From NCBI RefSeq assembly GCF_009914755.1, contig NC_060930.1: a stretch of DNA of 64,000 nucleotides, one strand, 5' to 3'. Each line of letters begins with the position of its first letter. Position 1 is the stretch's first letter. The DNA comes from the human T2T-CHM13v2.0 reference genome, Homo sapiens. Under the pieces are notes generated by a model. That model did no database searches. It was not told the DNA's origin and saw only the letters and a list, made by a program, of their open reading frames with translations. Shown piece after piece: positions 1 through 14,764 of this stretch. Made by a program: the position numbers and the translations under genes.

Positions 1-52
1 CAGCCTGGGCGAAAGAGCGAGACTCCGTCCCCCCCCCAAAAAAAAAAAAAAA
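1..52 (+). mobile_element. Alu 3' end with poly(A) tail, truncated by window edge
   Basis: CAGCCTGGGCGAAAGAGCGAGACTCCGTC followed by an A tail matches the Alu right-arm end. Confidence 0.95.
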
Positions 53-1982
53 GGGAAGAATAAAGTGAGAGTAAAGAAGAATGTGACTTGGCCCCCATCC
101 GCTCCCCAGAGACAACAAAGGAGCTACTTCAGTCTCAAGAGCCTGAGGGATGTCAGTCCTCTGTGGTGCTCTAACTGTCAGGGGGAGCCCCACTGGTAAG
201 CAAAGACCGTGGAGCAGGCAGTATAGGAAGAACTCACAGAAACCCCACCTCTTCTTTCCCTGTACAGCAGTGGGAAGTGATCTTTGCAAGGGGGAGGGTG
301 ATGATGGGGGCATACTTTGATATAAAGTGCTAGTTTATTTGTGTGTTTTCTGCGTTGCCATGATTTTATGACCAGTCTCCTAGTAAGATTAAAAGATTGT
401 AAACGATTTCTTACATGAATCACCACAAAACCATGTCAAGATAAAATATTACTTTTCTCTATGTATGCTCTCTACAAAAAATACATTTTAAAGAGATTTC
501 CTATAAGGACACTTGTACACAGAAAAAAATTTCATATGTCCTTTAACAAGTACAATTCTAGTTAAAATCCAATATGCTTGCATTAGCATTTCCAATTCAG
601 AGATAACGATGTGTACATAACATATACCATGCCTGCTGAAAACCAGGCTTGGAGAGAGTTTGTAAATAATTTAACAGTATTCAATAGTACAGGCTGTGGA
701 GCATCTGGAATTGCTTCCTTCTTTTTTGGATTGCACAATTTCATGTTTGTTTTGCCATATTTCCCATTTTTCTGTCTTGTTTTGTTTGCCAAAACCACCC
801 AGTAAGGGACAACTTAAAATCTAAAATGTGTTTATCCTCCTGACTGCTTTGGTTCACCTTCCAACTTCCTGGCACCAGATTACAGAAGGGATTTTGTTCT
901 CATCATCAAGACACACTTGTCCTGTTGAGAACTCATTCTCAGGGATAACCTCTTACTGGGGCCCCACTGTCAGAAGTGTTACTTGGCTCCATTGAAAGTG
1001 ATCTTGTGCTTTTTTCTTGCTACAGTTGCTGCACAGAAGTGAGGTAGTGAAAGTCTTAAAAAGCATTTTATGTGTTTTACCCTTCCATATTCCCCAAGTC
1101 AAGAAATCTCTGGCTCTTGATTAAAATGTTCTCTTCTCTACCCTTAGGATCCACATTACAGTTTTAAAGTGTACAACAGCCAATGGGTCTAACAATCTTG
1201 GAATTCTTGCCTTGTAGAAGGGAAACAGGTGTTCTTCTGAATAGGGAAATCCATATGCACAGTGGCAAAGGTCCTGTCCTTACCTATCACATTTGAGCTT
1301 TATGCAGGCAGTAACGGGTTATGGCCTGGTTACAGCCATCAACATCTTTTCTCTGTGGCCTTTCCAGGTCAACAGTTGTTCTGGGAAATGTGGTGTCAAA
1401 TGTTCCTGTTTGAAGCTATTCACTTCCACAGTCTTGTTCAATGTACAGAAACTATGAGTCCACACTGACAATTAGAGAGTTTGATAGTCATTTGCTCTCT
1501 TAGTCCTGTCTTAAGCCAGTAGAATTTTTGGCCTTTGCAGGGGCAGAGAATACAGATGTGACTGTATCTTTTCAAATCACTTGCTAGTTTGGGTCCTGTG
1601 TAGTTAAAGATTATGGGAGTATGTATACTTTCATGGGCATTGATAAGGAAGATGTTTTCAGAATGATTCCATTATAAGGAGACATATTTCCAGTTTGCAG
1701 GCCAATTAACAATCAGAACGATTAGTCAAGAGCACATAGGCATATTCATATAGCCTTGCGATCTTCTGGGGAAAGTGATGCTTGCTGCTGTAACAGACAA
1801 TTCTAAAATCTCTATGGCATTACATGACAAAATATCATTTTTTACTCACATAAAGTGAGGGTAGGAGAAGTTTGTTCCACACTGTCATTTAAGAATTCAA
1901 GCTTCTTTCATATAGGACATCGTCTTTAAATATGGCTTCAAAGGTTGTTGCAAATGGATATTGCTTATTGCTGTAATAAGGA

Positions 1983-2185
1983 AGGGTTGACAGAATTTTT
2001 CCATAAAGTGCTAGGTGGTAAATATTTCTTTAATTTTGTGAGCGATGTGGTTTTGTTGCAGTTACTCAAATCTGCCATTGTCATGGAAGAGCAGTTATAG
2101 CTGTAGTTTTGTTCTATTAAAACTTTACTTACAAAATCATACAGTAGCCTAGAGTTAGCTGTCAGCTATAGTTTGCTGATGCCTG
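1983..2185 (+). mobile_element. MER58A-like hAT-Charlie MITE, nested in an old MaLR (MLT1-like) LTR
   Basis: AGGGTTGACAGAATTTTTCCATAAAG...TATAGTTTGCTGATGCCTG termini and internal GTTCTATTAAAACTTTA resemble the recalled MER58A consensus. Confidence 0.7.
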
Positions 2186-3095
2186 GACTAATTTTGTCTG
2201 GGATATATTTATAATTCAGATATAGAAATAGCATATATTACTTCCACTCATTCTGTTGGCCAGAAATCAATGATTCAGTTTTAGCCTAACTGCAAGAGAG
2301 CCAGATATGTAGTTTAGTGGGGTGTCTAGAAGAAGAGTAAAGGTATTGTGGGCCCCAGGGATCTTTTCTATACTTTTCAACAGCTTAATGTGAATTGACT
2401 GTCCCTGGCAAACCAGAAGTTTCTAATACTGCAGCTTTGTGGTTAGGATGTTAGATCACTTCAAGTGATACTATTTCCTAGTGTGGTTTTTGTCTAAAAA
2501 ACCATCACTATGACAAAGCTCCAAAAAAGTTATTTTACAAGGTACATTGAAAATTTCACTGCTTTTCTGATTTTGGTACTGATGCTTCAGAGAACTAGAG
2601 GAAAGTTGCCTGTAGTTAAATAGAAGTAAATGGGTGCTGCCTCAATCCTCCCTGGCTGAAGGTGGAGTAGGAGACCTTCCATAGTTGTAGCTTTTAGCAG
2701 AGACTCAACCTAAGAAAGCCTACAGGAAGGTGGTTAGTCCTCAGCAATCTTCTTTCCTGTAACTTTTTGGACAGGGTTGGAAGATCACTGTTTATATGAT
2801 TTTTATTCCATATAATAAATAAGCTGCTAAAGAATACATTTTATTTCTCTGAAAAGAATTTTCTCTTCTTCTGATTTTTCTTTTAGCTACATCATTCTCC
2901 ACCAAGTGACTAGTAATAGATGCATTTTGAACTTAATAAGCTAATAATCAGGTAAGACAGTTAGAATATAAGCCCAATGATTTTCAAATGCAATCTAAGT
3001 TTGTCTTGAGCCATTAATGGGATGTTTTGATAATGTGCTCTTTTACCTTTCTGAGGACTAGACCTTTCCCCAAGTTAGCCCAAAACCAAGTTGTC

Positions 3096-3460
3096 CGATA
3101 CGGTTTGGCTGTGTCCCTACCCAAATCTCATCTTGAATTGTAGTTCCTATATTCCCCATGTGTTGTGGGAGGAACCCAGTGGGAGGGAATTCAATTATGA
3201 GAACAGTTAACCTCATGCTGTTCTCGTGATAGTGAGTGAGTTCTCACAAGATTTATGGTTTTATAAGGGGCTTTCCCCGCTTTTGCTCAGCACTGCTCTC
3301 TCCTACCATCATGTGAGGAAGGACATGTTTGCTTCCCCTTCCACTATGATCCTGAGGCCTCCCCAGCCATATGGAACTGTGAGTCAATTAAACCTCTTTC
3401 CTTTATAAATTAGTCAGTCTCAGGTATTTCTTCATAGCAGTGTAAGGACAGACTAATACA
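3096..3460 (+). mobile_element. THE1 (THE1C-like) MaLR solo LTR
   Basis: Starts (T)GATACGGTTTGGCTGTGTCCCTACCCAAATCTCATCTTGAATTGTAG and ends GACTAATACA. Internal GAAGGACATGTTTGCTTCCCCTTCC fits THE1C. Confidence 0.93.
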
Positions 3461-5499
3461 GTCTGTATGAGAAGTGCAGTGTTTGTTATAGACAGAATGA
3501 AAAGAGAAAGAATAAGGTAATGGTCAACTTTTAACATGCAAAATGGGATTTTTCAGTAGGTCTTGAGATCCAAGATGACACTATTTTAAAAGTTATAGAG
3601 GGGATAATCTGAACAGAGTCCACATGGGAGGTCCATTTTGGAACTTAAAGGTGTCTACACCACCAGTGCCAACTGACATGAGGCTGAATCACCCAGGGAA
3701 TACTACCAGGCTCTGACCTAGTCAAGAGAAAACAAACTACAACCTAAACCTGTCATTGACTTCAGGTGTGATGTGATGTGATACCAAGATAATGATGTGA
3801 TACCTACACTCAGTGTGGATCCAAGGACCACATTTAGCTTCAAATTCATGTTCTCTTTCACCCATCTTCCCCTTACTCTCAGACACCTAGAAACAAATTA
3901 AAGGACAGAAACAGAGGGAAGCACTTTTATCTAAGAGAAATTGAGTAATACCTAAAGGTACTATTAAACCATAGAGTCAGACCTCAAGTAAACATATTGG
4001 ACATTTAGGTAATTTTTTTCTTACTAACCATTTCAGGAGAAAGGCTGATTGGATAAATCAAGAAGTTACATTTTCTCACCACATCTGAACTGATTTGTGA
4101 GTTAAATATTTGCTATCCTGCTACACTGGTTAATGAATTAAAATTAAAAGAAAATTTAAAAAGAAAATCAGGTAAAATTTTTATTGCATTTCAAACTCTC
4201 AGCTAATTGGAAAGTATTTGTATTATCTAAACACATATACTTACATCCACTTATCCTGAAAGAATCAAGTATGATAAGTAAAAGCACTTTCTCTTAACAT
4301 TTGGCAGAGAGGAAAATTGGATGTAATCTAAGCTTTATAATAGTATACCTCAAAAAAATTTTAAAACAATAATATACTTCATAGGCTGACTTTATGTAAC
4401 TACAGTAGTTTCCTTTAAATATACAAATGTCTTTTAAAAATGTACATTGTTACAGGAAAGTTACTTTTCTTCTTATGCAATTGATAGCATCACAGAAAAA
4501 GGCAAATCACTACACATTTGCCTGCCATTAATATTGACTGAAATCACAAGCCGTTTTCTACCCTTAAGCTTCCTGCCTATTCTACATGTTATTACTTTGT
4601 GCCAAAGATGGAAATTTATCATAAATAAATTCAATGCATATTAAAGAGAGGAAGCATTCTCATGGCAGAGGTGGGGAGCACTTTTTGTTTCCACTTGTTT
4701 ATAAGGGAATATTTTATTCATTTCTTACTCTCTCTCCGGGGTAGCATGCAAACAGAGTCACTCAACTGTTTCTTGCAGCCCCACTCTGTCCCTCTGTCTC
4801 CATGCATATGTTTGACTTAGATGAGCCTCTCTGGGCATTTGGGAATGCGTGAAGCGAGCTAAGCCTCCCTGATGAGGGTTGCCATTTCTGAGACGAAGCT
4901 CTTGCCTGGCTGCTTGCTGTAGTTGCAGCTAAAGTCTGGAGAGCTGCTGGGACCTTGTGCAAAGGCTCACGGCAGCTGCGCTATCAGGTGGCCAGCCTGG
5001 CGCTCCCTCCCTGGCCACCACTGCCTCTGACCACAGTACAGTGTAATTCAATAGAACTCAAATCTTTAGCTGCCTAGAGCAGCCAGGCAGCAAGCCCAGA
5101 GGCCCTTTCAAATCAGGGTTTTTACAGTTATTTTAATCCACGAGAGATGCCAGCATTTCTCTGCCTCCCAAAGACAAGCAAAACTGTACAAACAGACGCT
5201 AGTAAGATACAAAATCTTAAGGAGAAAGTTGAGCCAGATTCTTTCATGGGAAAAAAATGAGAGCAAATGTATGTGTATTGTTCATTGTGCTAATCTGCTG
5301 TATATTTTCATGTCTCAAGGACATATTCAGGTAGAAAATGATACAATAAATAAATGGTGAGTTAAAGTGTTGGATTAGGTTGGACACTAAATCACTGATA
5401 GTTAATAGTGATTTAACTCTGCTGGGTCATCCAGATTTGTCTTAGCACTAGTTATTACACAAATCTGGGAAGCAATACCAACCACATAACCTAGGAAAA

Positions 5500-5720
5500 G
5501 CAGTACAGCGTGGTAGTTAGACCAGCACAGCTTCTGGGATCAGGCTGCCTAGGCTCAAAGCCTGCTCTGCCATTTACGAGTGATGAAAATTTGACCACAT
5601 TTGTAACCTCTCTGTGCTCTCTGAGATGAGAAAGATGATGATGATAACTATAGTGAGGATTAAGTGAGTAAATTTATGCAAAGAATATAAAGCAGTATCT
5701 GGCACACAGTAGGTGCTATT
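5500..5720 (+). mobile_element. MIR SINE
   Basis: GCAGTACAGCGTGGTAGTTAG...GTGAGGATTAAGTGAG...TCTGGCACACAGTAGGTGCT, the MIR core and 3' end. Confidence 0.8.
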
Positions 5721-5868
5721 CAAAGTGTGATCTGTAGATCAGCAGCATCTGCATCATCCAGGAGCTTATTAAAAATGCAGATCTCCAGGCCCTGTCCCAG
5801 ACTGACTGCATCAGAGTCTGTATTTCAGCAAAATTTCTATTGACATTAAACATCTGAGAAGCATTGCT
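5721..5868. mobile_element. MER5A-like hAT MITE
   Basis: CAAAGTGTGATC...CAGCAGCATC...AAATGCAGATCTCCAGGCCC...TGAGAAGCATTG. Confidence 0.75.
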
Positions 5869-6091
5869 ATGTAAATGTTGGTGTTGCTATTTCAGATTGG
5901 CTTTAACTAGCTTATGTTGTCAGGGTGAGAGAGGCACCCCTGCTGATTTGCATTTTCTTTCCAGCCTCTGAGCTCAAAGGAGAGACTTTTTGTCTCTGAC
6001 ACTGGTCTCTGATTATCCTTACATCATGGCAAAGAGTGGACCGTATGCTTGTGAACCTGCCTTCTGTATCATCCTCAACCTGCATCCCAAT

Positions 6092-6474
<383 letters not shown>

Positions 6475-8660
6475 TAACCCCAAGTCTCCATTATTGTCTT
6501 TGCTTGTCAGATTTATTTGATGTCTTAAATTATACACTGCATCCTGATACCTTCACTGCTCAGTTGGAAGGTTCTATGCCCAATTGCCCTTCCTGATCAA
6601 AGTAAGGAGAACATTAGGAATATATTAGGAGAAATAAAAGAGTTGGGATTATTTAACACTTCCCTCCTAGGCTCCATACTGCACAGAAACATTTGATTTT
6701 TATAGTTGTCTCCAAGAGGCAATTTTCTAACAGAGATTTTATAGCAGAGAAGAGAGCTTGGCTTTTAAACAATGCAAAGGTCAACAAAGCAAAATTTGCT
6801 CTATTTATGGTATGGGTGTGACATTTGGACCTCTTAGCATCCAACATTCTATTGGCTTTAGGAAAGAGCTCATCACCACACCTGCTTGCTTTATTTCGCA
6901 TTAAATGGTCTTTAGTTAAGAGGTTTGGAAACAGAAATTTTCCATAGGCATTCATGCCAAACTTATCACAGTTCCATGATGCCTGGTCAATAATGCAATG
7001 AGAATGGATGACACCAGGATACCAGGGCCCTTGGTGTGTGGTGAATTGAAGGAATGTAATTGTATGTGAAATGGACAGAAGAAATGCTTCAAGGGCACAC
7101 TGGCACCTAACTTAAAGTAGCAAAGCAGCTCTGTTGAGAGGCAGGAATTCACAGCAATAAGCCTTGTATCCTGCCATGGATCAAATTGGAAAAGGGGAAA
7201 GTCTAGTTATTTGTAGACTGTGAGATTAATGTGACTCGCAAACGATTTCAATCGTGGATGTCCAAACTGCTTGGAAGAACTGCTCAGCCATCCACAATTA
7301 TTGATTGCTTCCTCTGTGTACAGCACCGTGAAAGCAGCTGAGGGACAAAAAGAAGTATAAAACCTAGGTCCTTTCCACCAAAGAACTTAGAATATACCCA
7401 CATCTACATGAAAGAAAATAAAATTTAGCAGAGGTAAGTTGAAGGCTCTAAACAAATAAGACAGGAAGATTCTTCTCTTCAGAGGGGCCAAGACAGCATG
7501 AGTGATGGATGGCTGCATGCATTTTTTGATACTTTACTGCTAACTTGGACAGAATTATCTATCTAATCACTGGAAGAGCTGGACAACCACAGGCCATCCC
7601 ACAAAGACAGGGCCTTACTGCGTGGCAAAGAGCAGAACAAATGCACTCTGTCTGTAGGCAGGCATCTAGGAAAGTGAACATAGAAAGTCCGGTGGACATT
7701 AGATTACTTCATGCTGGCTTAGCACTTTCTTCAAAGCTCACCAATCAGAAAAGCTATTTCTCCTCCCTGGAAATACATCCTCTTCTCATCTGCCTACCTG
7801 CTATCATTGCCTGGAGTTTATGCTATTGTTAATTGACTCTGTAAATTGAAATCTGTGCAAGAAACCAAATGAACAAATAAACACTGTCACCATTATTTAT
7901 CTTTCTTTAAATCTGTGTTTTTGTGATGACAATGTGTATATATATTGAATGTCTATCTAGTGTTTTCTTCTCATTAAACTAGTTTTTCTGTGTTTGATAT
8001 AGCATTGTAACTATAAAATAAAGCTTTAGAATAAAGATTGTATGATGTAAAAGTTGTGACCTCTTTCTCTAAGAAATATATTACATCCTTATATTTCATT
8101 GTGGTGATTGTCTTGAAGGTCTTAATATAAATGACTGTTGGAAAGCTCCTTTCCCATCAGCCTCATTGAGAACTGTTAAAGAAACACTTATAATAAGACA
8201 AGAGAAGGCTCGGGAGAAACAAGAAAACTACAGTGTTTGGACTCTTACGTGGAAGGCAGATAAGATTTACTCTGTGGTCTCATTTCATGTAACTAAGGGC
8301 AAAGACTAGAAGTTATGTGGAGATATTTTACTTACATAGGAGGAAAATTTTTCCAACAATGTGAACCAATTAAATATTGAAAAGGGTTATCTTGGGAGAT
8401 TGTAAATTTTCCATGCCTAGAAATGTATCAACCAAATCACTTTTTTTAAGGTTATTTTAAGCATCAGATTGCTGGTGGCTAGATCAGAAGCTCCTAAAAG
8501 CCTCTTCTGAAACTAGTGGCCTCATTGACTGTTAGATTAATCCAGGGAATGTATAAAATATAAAGATTACTGGATAGAAATTATGATCCAGTGAGATTTG
8601 GGAGAGCCCCATAATGTGGATCAGAGTTTCCCAACAGGTATAGTATGCCATGGATGGGCC

Positions 8661-9748
8661 TGTGTTGAGGGTGATGGAGTTCAGGATACTCTACCCCAAA
8701 ATGTGATGCCTTGGCATTTAAGAAAACAGTGAAAGCAGGAAAGTCTCTCTGACCTCCTGCCATTCCTCTCTGAAGCAGGCCATAAAACCCCGAAAGGTCA
8801 TTCACTGGCCTTCTTCCCTTCTCTCCTGAAGACCCTCATGAAAATGTACCCTGCCCTATACCTGGAGGAGAGGAACAAAGACACAGAGGTGCCAAGAAGA
8901 ATCTGAACAGATGGGCTTTGCTAAATTCCTCCCAGTTTATTACCATTAGATCATACCTCCTTTTGTCCAATCATACTTCTACACAAGTGTCTACTCGCCA
9001 TCAAACCTAAGCATAAAAATACATAGTTTTCTCTGTTTCATGGAACTACCTTTGGGTCTTCAATTCTGAAGGCTCTTGTGTCATGTAAAATTTATACTAA
9101 ATAAATGTAGATGATTTTCTCTTGCTAATCTGACTTTTATTATATGTGCTTCCACCATGAACCTAATAATGAGTGAGGGAAAGAGCATTACTTTTTCTCC
9201 TCTACAGGTGTCCTCAAGAGCACCCTTGGGCTCTATGATTCACTAGAAGGACCCACAGGACTCAGGAAAGCTCTTAGACTTATGGTTGTGGTTTATTGTG
9301 AAAGGACACAAATTAATATCAACAAAGGAAAAAGGACATCAGGTGCAAGCTTCCAGGTGTCGCCTCTCAGTTGAAGTTGCATGGGCATGAATTTAATTCT
9401 TCCAGCAACAATGTGTGACAACACGTGCAAAGTATTGCCAACCAGATAAACTCACTCAAGCCTTGGTGTCTAGGGTTTTCACTGGGGGTCAGTCACTTAG
9501 GCAATCAGCACCTGAGTGACTGATCTTAGTTATTCAATCTCTAGTACTCCAGAGATCATACGGAGGACATAGCATGGTCCACAGCTTTGGGCACACAAAA
9601 CAACCACTCTTACCAGACCGGATATTTTGAGGGCTCAAAGGTTACCACCCAGGAGTCTGTCAAGGGCCAGTCCTTTTTTTTTTTTTTTTTTTTTTAAATG
9701 CAGTGTTTGAGTAATCGTAGCCTGCTGAATTAACCCTTCAGTGTACAC
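8661..9748 (-). mobile_element. MER21-family LTR, interrupted by a MER34/MER39B-like LTR
   Basis: ATGATTCACTAGAAGGACCCACAGGACTCAG...GTGTGACAACACGTGC...GCCTGCTGAATTAACCC motifs of the MER21 family. Confidence 0.75.
8672..9206 (+). mobile_element. MER34/MER39B-family ERV1 solo LTR
   Basis: TG...CA termini (TGATGGAGTTCAGGATACTCTACCCCAAAA ... CTCCTCTACA). Shares CATTAGATCATACC..TTTTGTCCAATCATA and GGGTCTTC..TTCTGAAGGCTC with the LTR at 55.6 kb. Confidence 0.8.
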
Positions 9749-12700
9749 ATAGATACAGTTGTGGCTGGAGATATTGATCCCGTCCGTTCTCAGTAGGCCA
9801 GTGACCCCAGGCCTGGCATCTTAGCCATGAGCAGCCTCCTCTGGGCTTCTTTAGGGTCTGATGTAGGTGGAGTAGGAAAATGTTGGGAAGCACTGACAGA
9901 TATTTAAATACCTCTCCAGGTGATTCTAATGAACACTGAAGGTTGGGACCTTTGTGAGTAGATGATTTTTAAGAATTTTGAAACTGTTGTTTCTATGAGT
10001 ATTGAAGTTATAGTTCCTTGCAGATGTCTTTCACTTTATCTGGATTCTTATTTGCTTAAGTTTAGTTTCTGGCCAAAGATAGTACATTTTGGAGAAGTAT
10101 TTCAAACAAATGCTACGTCCTCTGTTAAGTTGAAGAGAAAACATTCCAAGTGCATTCCCAGATGAGGAGGCATCAGGAAACCCTCAGGTTAGAGGGCACT
10201 TATACTAACAGGGAGATGGGTGGGGTAGGTCCTCTAAAGGCTTTTTAAAGACCTTAGGACAAAAGACTCTTGTCATTGAAAAATGATGTAATGAAAAGAT
10301 GTGTAACAAATGATTGAATGATGGTGTTTTCAATTTTGTGGAATCTCTATTTTGCGGGAACTCTGGCATGTCACATGTCTCTCTAGGTCCCGTTATCTTA
10401 TTAGCTAGTTAGAATTAAACAAAACTACATCTGCATGATTATAGTGCTAAATATAAAGAGTATTTCTGAGAAATTTGCAAATGTAAATGTTAAATTAATT
10501 ACCAGCCTAAAATTTTGTAGTCTCTAAAGTTAGTTTATAGCACATGATATGCCCACTTAGGTTATATGTTCTAAAAATGAATTAATTTGCATTTTGGTAT
10601 AAGCTTTCTTCTTTGTAATTTGCTTTGAGCACAAACACTAGTTCTCTTTTATTTTCTTCCCTACATATTACTGTGCTCTCTATGCTTCTAAGATGATTTT
10701 CATTCCTCGGTCTCTCCCTCTCCTTTGATGTTCTCTCATTCTCCTTTTTTTTTAGAACCTCATTCCTGTCCCTTAAATATAGTCGTGCCCAATTATATTT
10801 ATAAGGTCCTATTCTCAGTGCTTTATTTATTTATTTATTTTGCTAATTCCTACAGAAAGGTAATTAAATAACAAATGTGTATTGAGTGCCTACTCTGTGC
10901 CAAACAGTGTACAAGGCACTAGGGTCAGGCAGGGACTTGAAGGTCAAAGAAAGACCCTGGCCTCAAAAGCTCAGACTTTGCCTCTCAAAAATTTGATGAG
11001 ATTAATAATTTGTATTCAGTTCCCCTCCTCTGCAGTTCCAACCTCAAATTGCAAACAAAACCCCTCTTTTTGGAAGTCCTGTTGGCAGTGCATCCCCAAT
11101 GCAGAAAAATACCAAAGTCACTATTTTTCCCTGTAAACCTACTCCTTTTTTTGTGTGTGTTCCTTTTCTCTATTAAATAACATTATCCCAAGCTCCCATA
11201 TTAGTAAGCTTGTCATCCTCTGTGTAGCTACTCAGCCACTAATTCTGTTTTATTTTGCCTGTGATATGCCTCTCAAGTACATATCCTTTTCTCCATTGCC
11301 GCTGTCTTAGCATAGGCCCCTGTCAGCTCTTGCTGGCACAGGGACAGCAGCCTCCTAATTGTGTTTATGCTTCCAGGTTATCACATGGCCCCAGAATTGT
11401 CTTTCTACTCACACACTTTTCTGCATGTTGTTTTTTGCTTACTTGCAGTGTAGCACATAACCCTTCCCGACGCGGTCCTAACTCTTCTTTCATCCTCCAT
11501 CACTTTCTCTTGTGCCCTTGTGCCCAGGCAACACTGAACTATGCAGAATTCCCTGCACAATCCCATGTCTTTCCATGCCTCAGTGCCTCTGATGACCCAT
11601 GGGCCTAGATGCCCTTTCTCCCCATCTTTGCTTGATAAACTTCAATGGTCAAGGGCTAGTTCAGGTCCTTCTTCGGTGAAGCTGTCTCCATATTTCCCAG
11701 GCAGCTGTTTCCACATCTTCCAGTTATTTGGTTATATTTCTCTTATAACGCTTTTCACGTAGTAGTTTGTATTCTCCGGATCTTGTTTCATATCTGGAAC
11801 AGATGATCAATTCTTTTTCTTTGTCTTTCTTTTTTTGATGGCTGTTGGATGAGCAAAATAAAATTTGTCATACTTTTATATCTAAGGTTCTGTATCTATG
11901 TAATCCTTCACAACTGATTTCAGCTTTAGTAAAAGACTGAGTTGTTGAACAGTAGATATATTTAATTTTTAATATTTAATTAATTAAGTGCCATTGTGAG
12001 ATGTGAATTTTGACTTGCTGGGTTTACATTTAGCTGAGAATTACATCTTAGTACAAAAATAGAATTCTTTTTTTAATATCTCTAACTTTCCTTTCTTAAA
12101 ATATATTCCGATAAAGGAGTTGCACCTGAAAAATTAAGATAGTCCACTTTGCCTAACATATTTTCGGCAGGTAGTTTGAAGGAACCGAAAACATTCTGAG
12201 ATTTTGCAAAGCATAATTGCTTTCGATTCTATGCCTATATTGTTCTTAATATTGTACTTTACACTTTAATGAAGTGTAAAGTATTGAATAATAATATGAC
12301 TTCTTTTTCTTCCTTCATGGGTTAGTAGGGATATAAATGATAGGAAGGCATATAGTTAATTCCATTTATTCTATTTATTCATTCATAAATGGGTCATGTA
12401 CCTATTATCACCATTTTCCATGGTAGGATTATTGGGTCCAGTTATTATGTGAATCTTTGGGTTTTCCTTTCAATTCCAGGTATTGTAACCTGATATGTGA
12501 GTAAGTTTATTATTGTTGCAGTGTGCTCCAGGAATACATTCCTACTAATCTGATTGTCTCCACAGGGTAGATTTTGCAGATACACATCAAGTCATTTACA
12601 GTTCAGGACAGCATGAGAGCAGGGGGATAATAAAGATTTAGTAATGTTATTGGTATATTTGGCTGCATATGGATATTTGTATTTTTCCAGATTCTTCTTG

Positions 12701-14270
12701 GATTTAGTGTTATTTCTGAGGGATTTTTCTTTTCAGTGAGTTTCATCTAAGATTGTTAAGAAGCATAGAAAGAATAGACAAGATTCTCCTTGACTAAACA
12801 TTTAAATATAAAAGCACTCAGGATACAGTATTGAATGGAAATAAATATTGGGAAAAGTGTTAAACTGACCCCAAGCATTAACTGTTTATAGTGGATTGAG
12901 TGGTTCCAAGCTGTAGAGGGACCTACCCAAAATGGTACAATTAAAACAAAAATGAATTTAAATACTCATTCCCCCAATTAAGTGTGTGCTGTTATGACAT
13001 TTCAGCTATTACTCATTAATTCCTGCATAATTTGTGAGGCAAATTAAACAGATCTATAGCCATTGGATAAATGGTCCACACTCCAGCAGCTTGCAACTGT
13101 CTGTGGTTCCTCGCACATGCTAGGTGTTTTTATTCCTGTTTTGTCTTTACTGATTTAGTCCCATCTACTGGAGTATACATAACTTCTGCTCAGTCCTTAA
13201 GGCTCATAGCAGGTGACACTGATTGCAGGATATTTTCTTGTTACTCTCAGGCTGGGATAGGTGCCTCTATTTTACATATGTCTATCACTGTATTTTTCCA
13301 TCCCATTTTTACAATTACCTTTTCACCTGTCGGTTTCTACTATTAGACTATGAAGTCCTTGAAATTATTCACCAATACTTCACTCTATGTTTTCAGTCTA
13401 GTAGTAAATACTGTACAAGTGTCTGTAGAGTGAATACATGAAGCCAACTCTCAGAAACTAGAATTTTCATTGCTGTGAAGCACTATTGAAAACTCTTATT
13501 TTGAAAGCTGAATTAAACATATTATCACCTACATTTTATGGACACATCTGAATCACTGCATTAAATTACTGTGTTTAATTTAGTTCTAAAATAAAAGCAA
13601 TATCTTTGACCTCTAGTTTTTTAAGGGATATATTTTTAAAACAGAAAGGGAAAAGTCATAAGTGTAAATTGCTTCCCAATATAATCTCTTGAGTTCATAT
13701 TTAATAAAGATAAGTTAATCAACAATTATTCCATGTGTGAGGGTATTTGTACATAAATCACTTAGTCTGGCTTGGATTTTACATTGATAGGACATAATTG
13801 ATCTTTAAAACTTTTATGAAGAATCACAGACTGTGAAATTAAAGGCGGTTGAATCATTTAACTTTGCCTTTCCATCAAGCAGACACCTATTTTCTTGGTA
13901 GTGGAAATCTTGTTTTATATGTATTATTGACCAGTCCATTAATTAACTGTCTCACAATAATTAACATCATGTTACCTTTTAGTTTATATCAGGAAAACCT
14001 ACCAGAGTTTTCTAATCTGATAAACTGCTGATAAACTGCCAGCTAGAGTTTTTCCCACTCCCTCAAAATGTTTAAAGGTGTCATGAATGAGGTATATTAT
14101 GTTTTCTGGCTCATAATTTGGCAATCCAGTTTGTCATTACATATTACACAGAGTTGTCATGGATAAGAAGAGGTGGAAAATGTCCAGTAAGCCAGTTTTA
14201 CTCTGCTTCTGTCAATTTATAACAAGTTGCCCCTTGAAATTTACTTTCTGATTATTCATAAGTATTGTCA

Positions 14271-14624
<354 letters not shown>

Positions 14625-14764
14625 AAAAATACACAATAGTCAAAGTTTGTCACTGAAATGTTTGGAAAGTATTGCATGTTTATGTATTTGTCTCATCCCC
14701 AAAATTAATGGTTCATGAGGTCACCTATATTACTTTCCTATTGCTACTATAAGAAATTACCACA

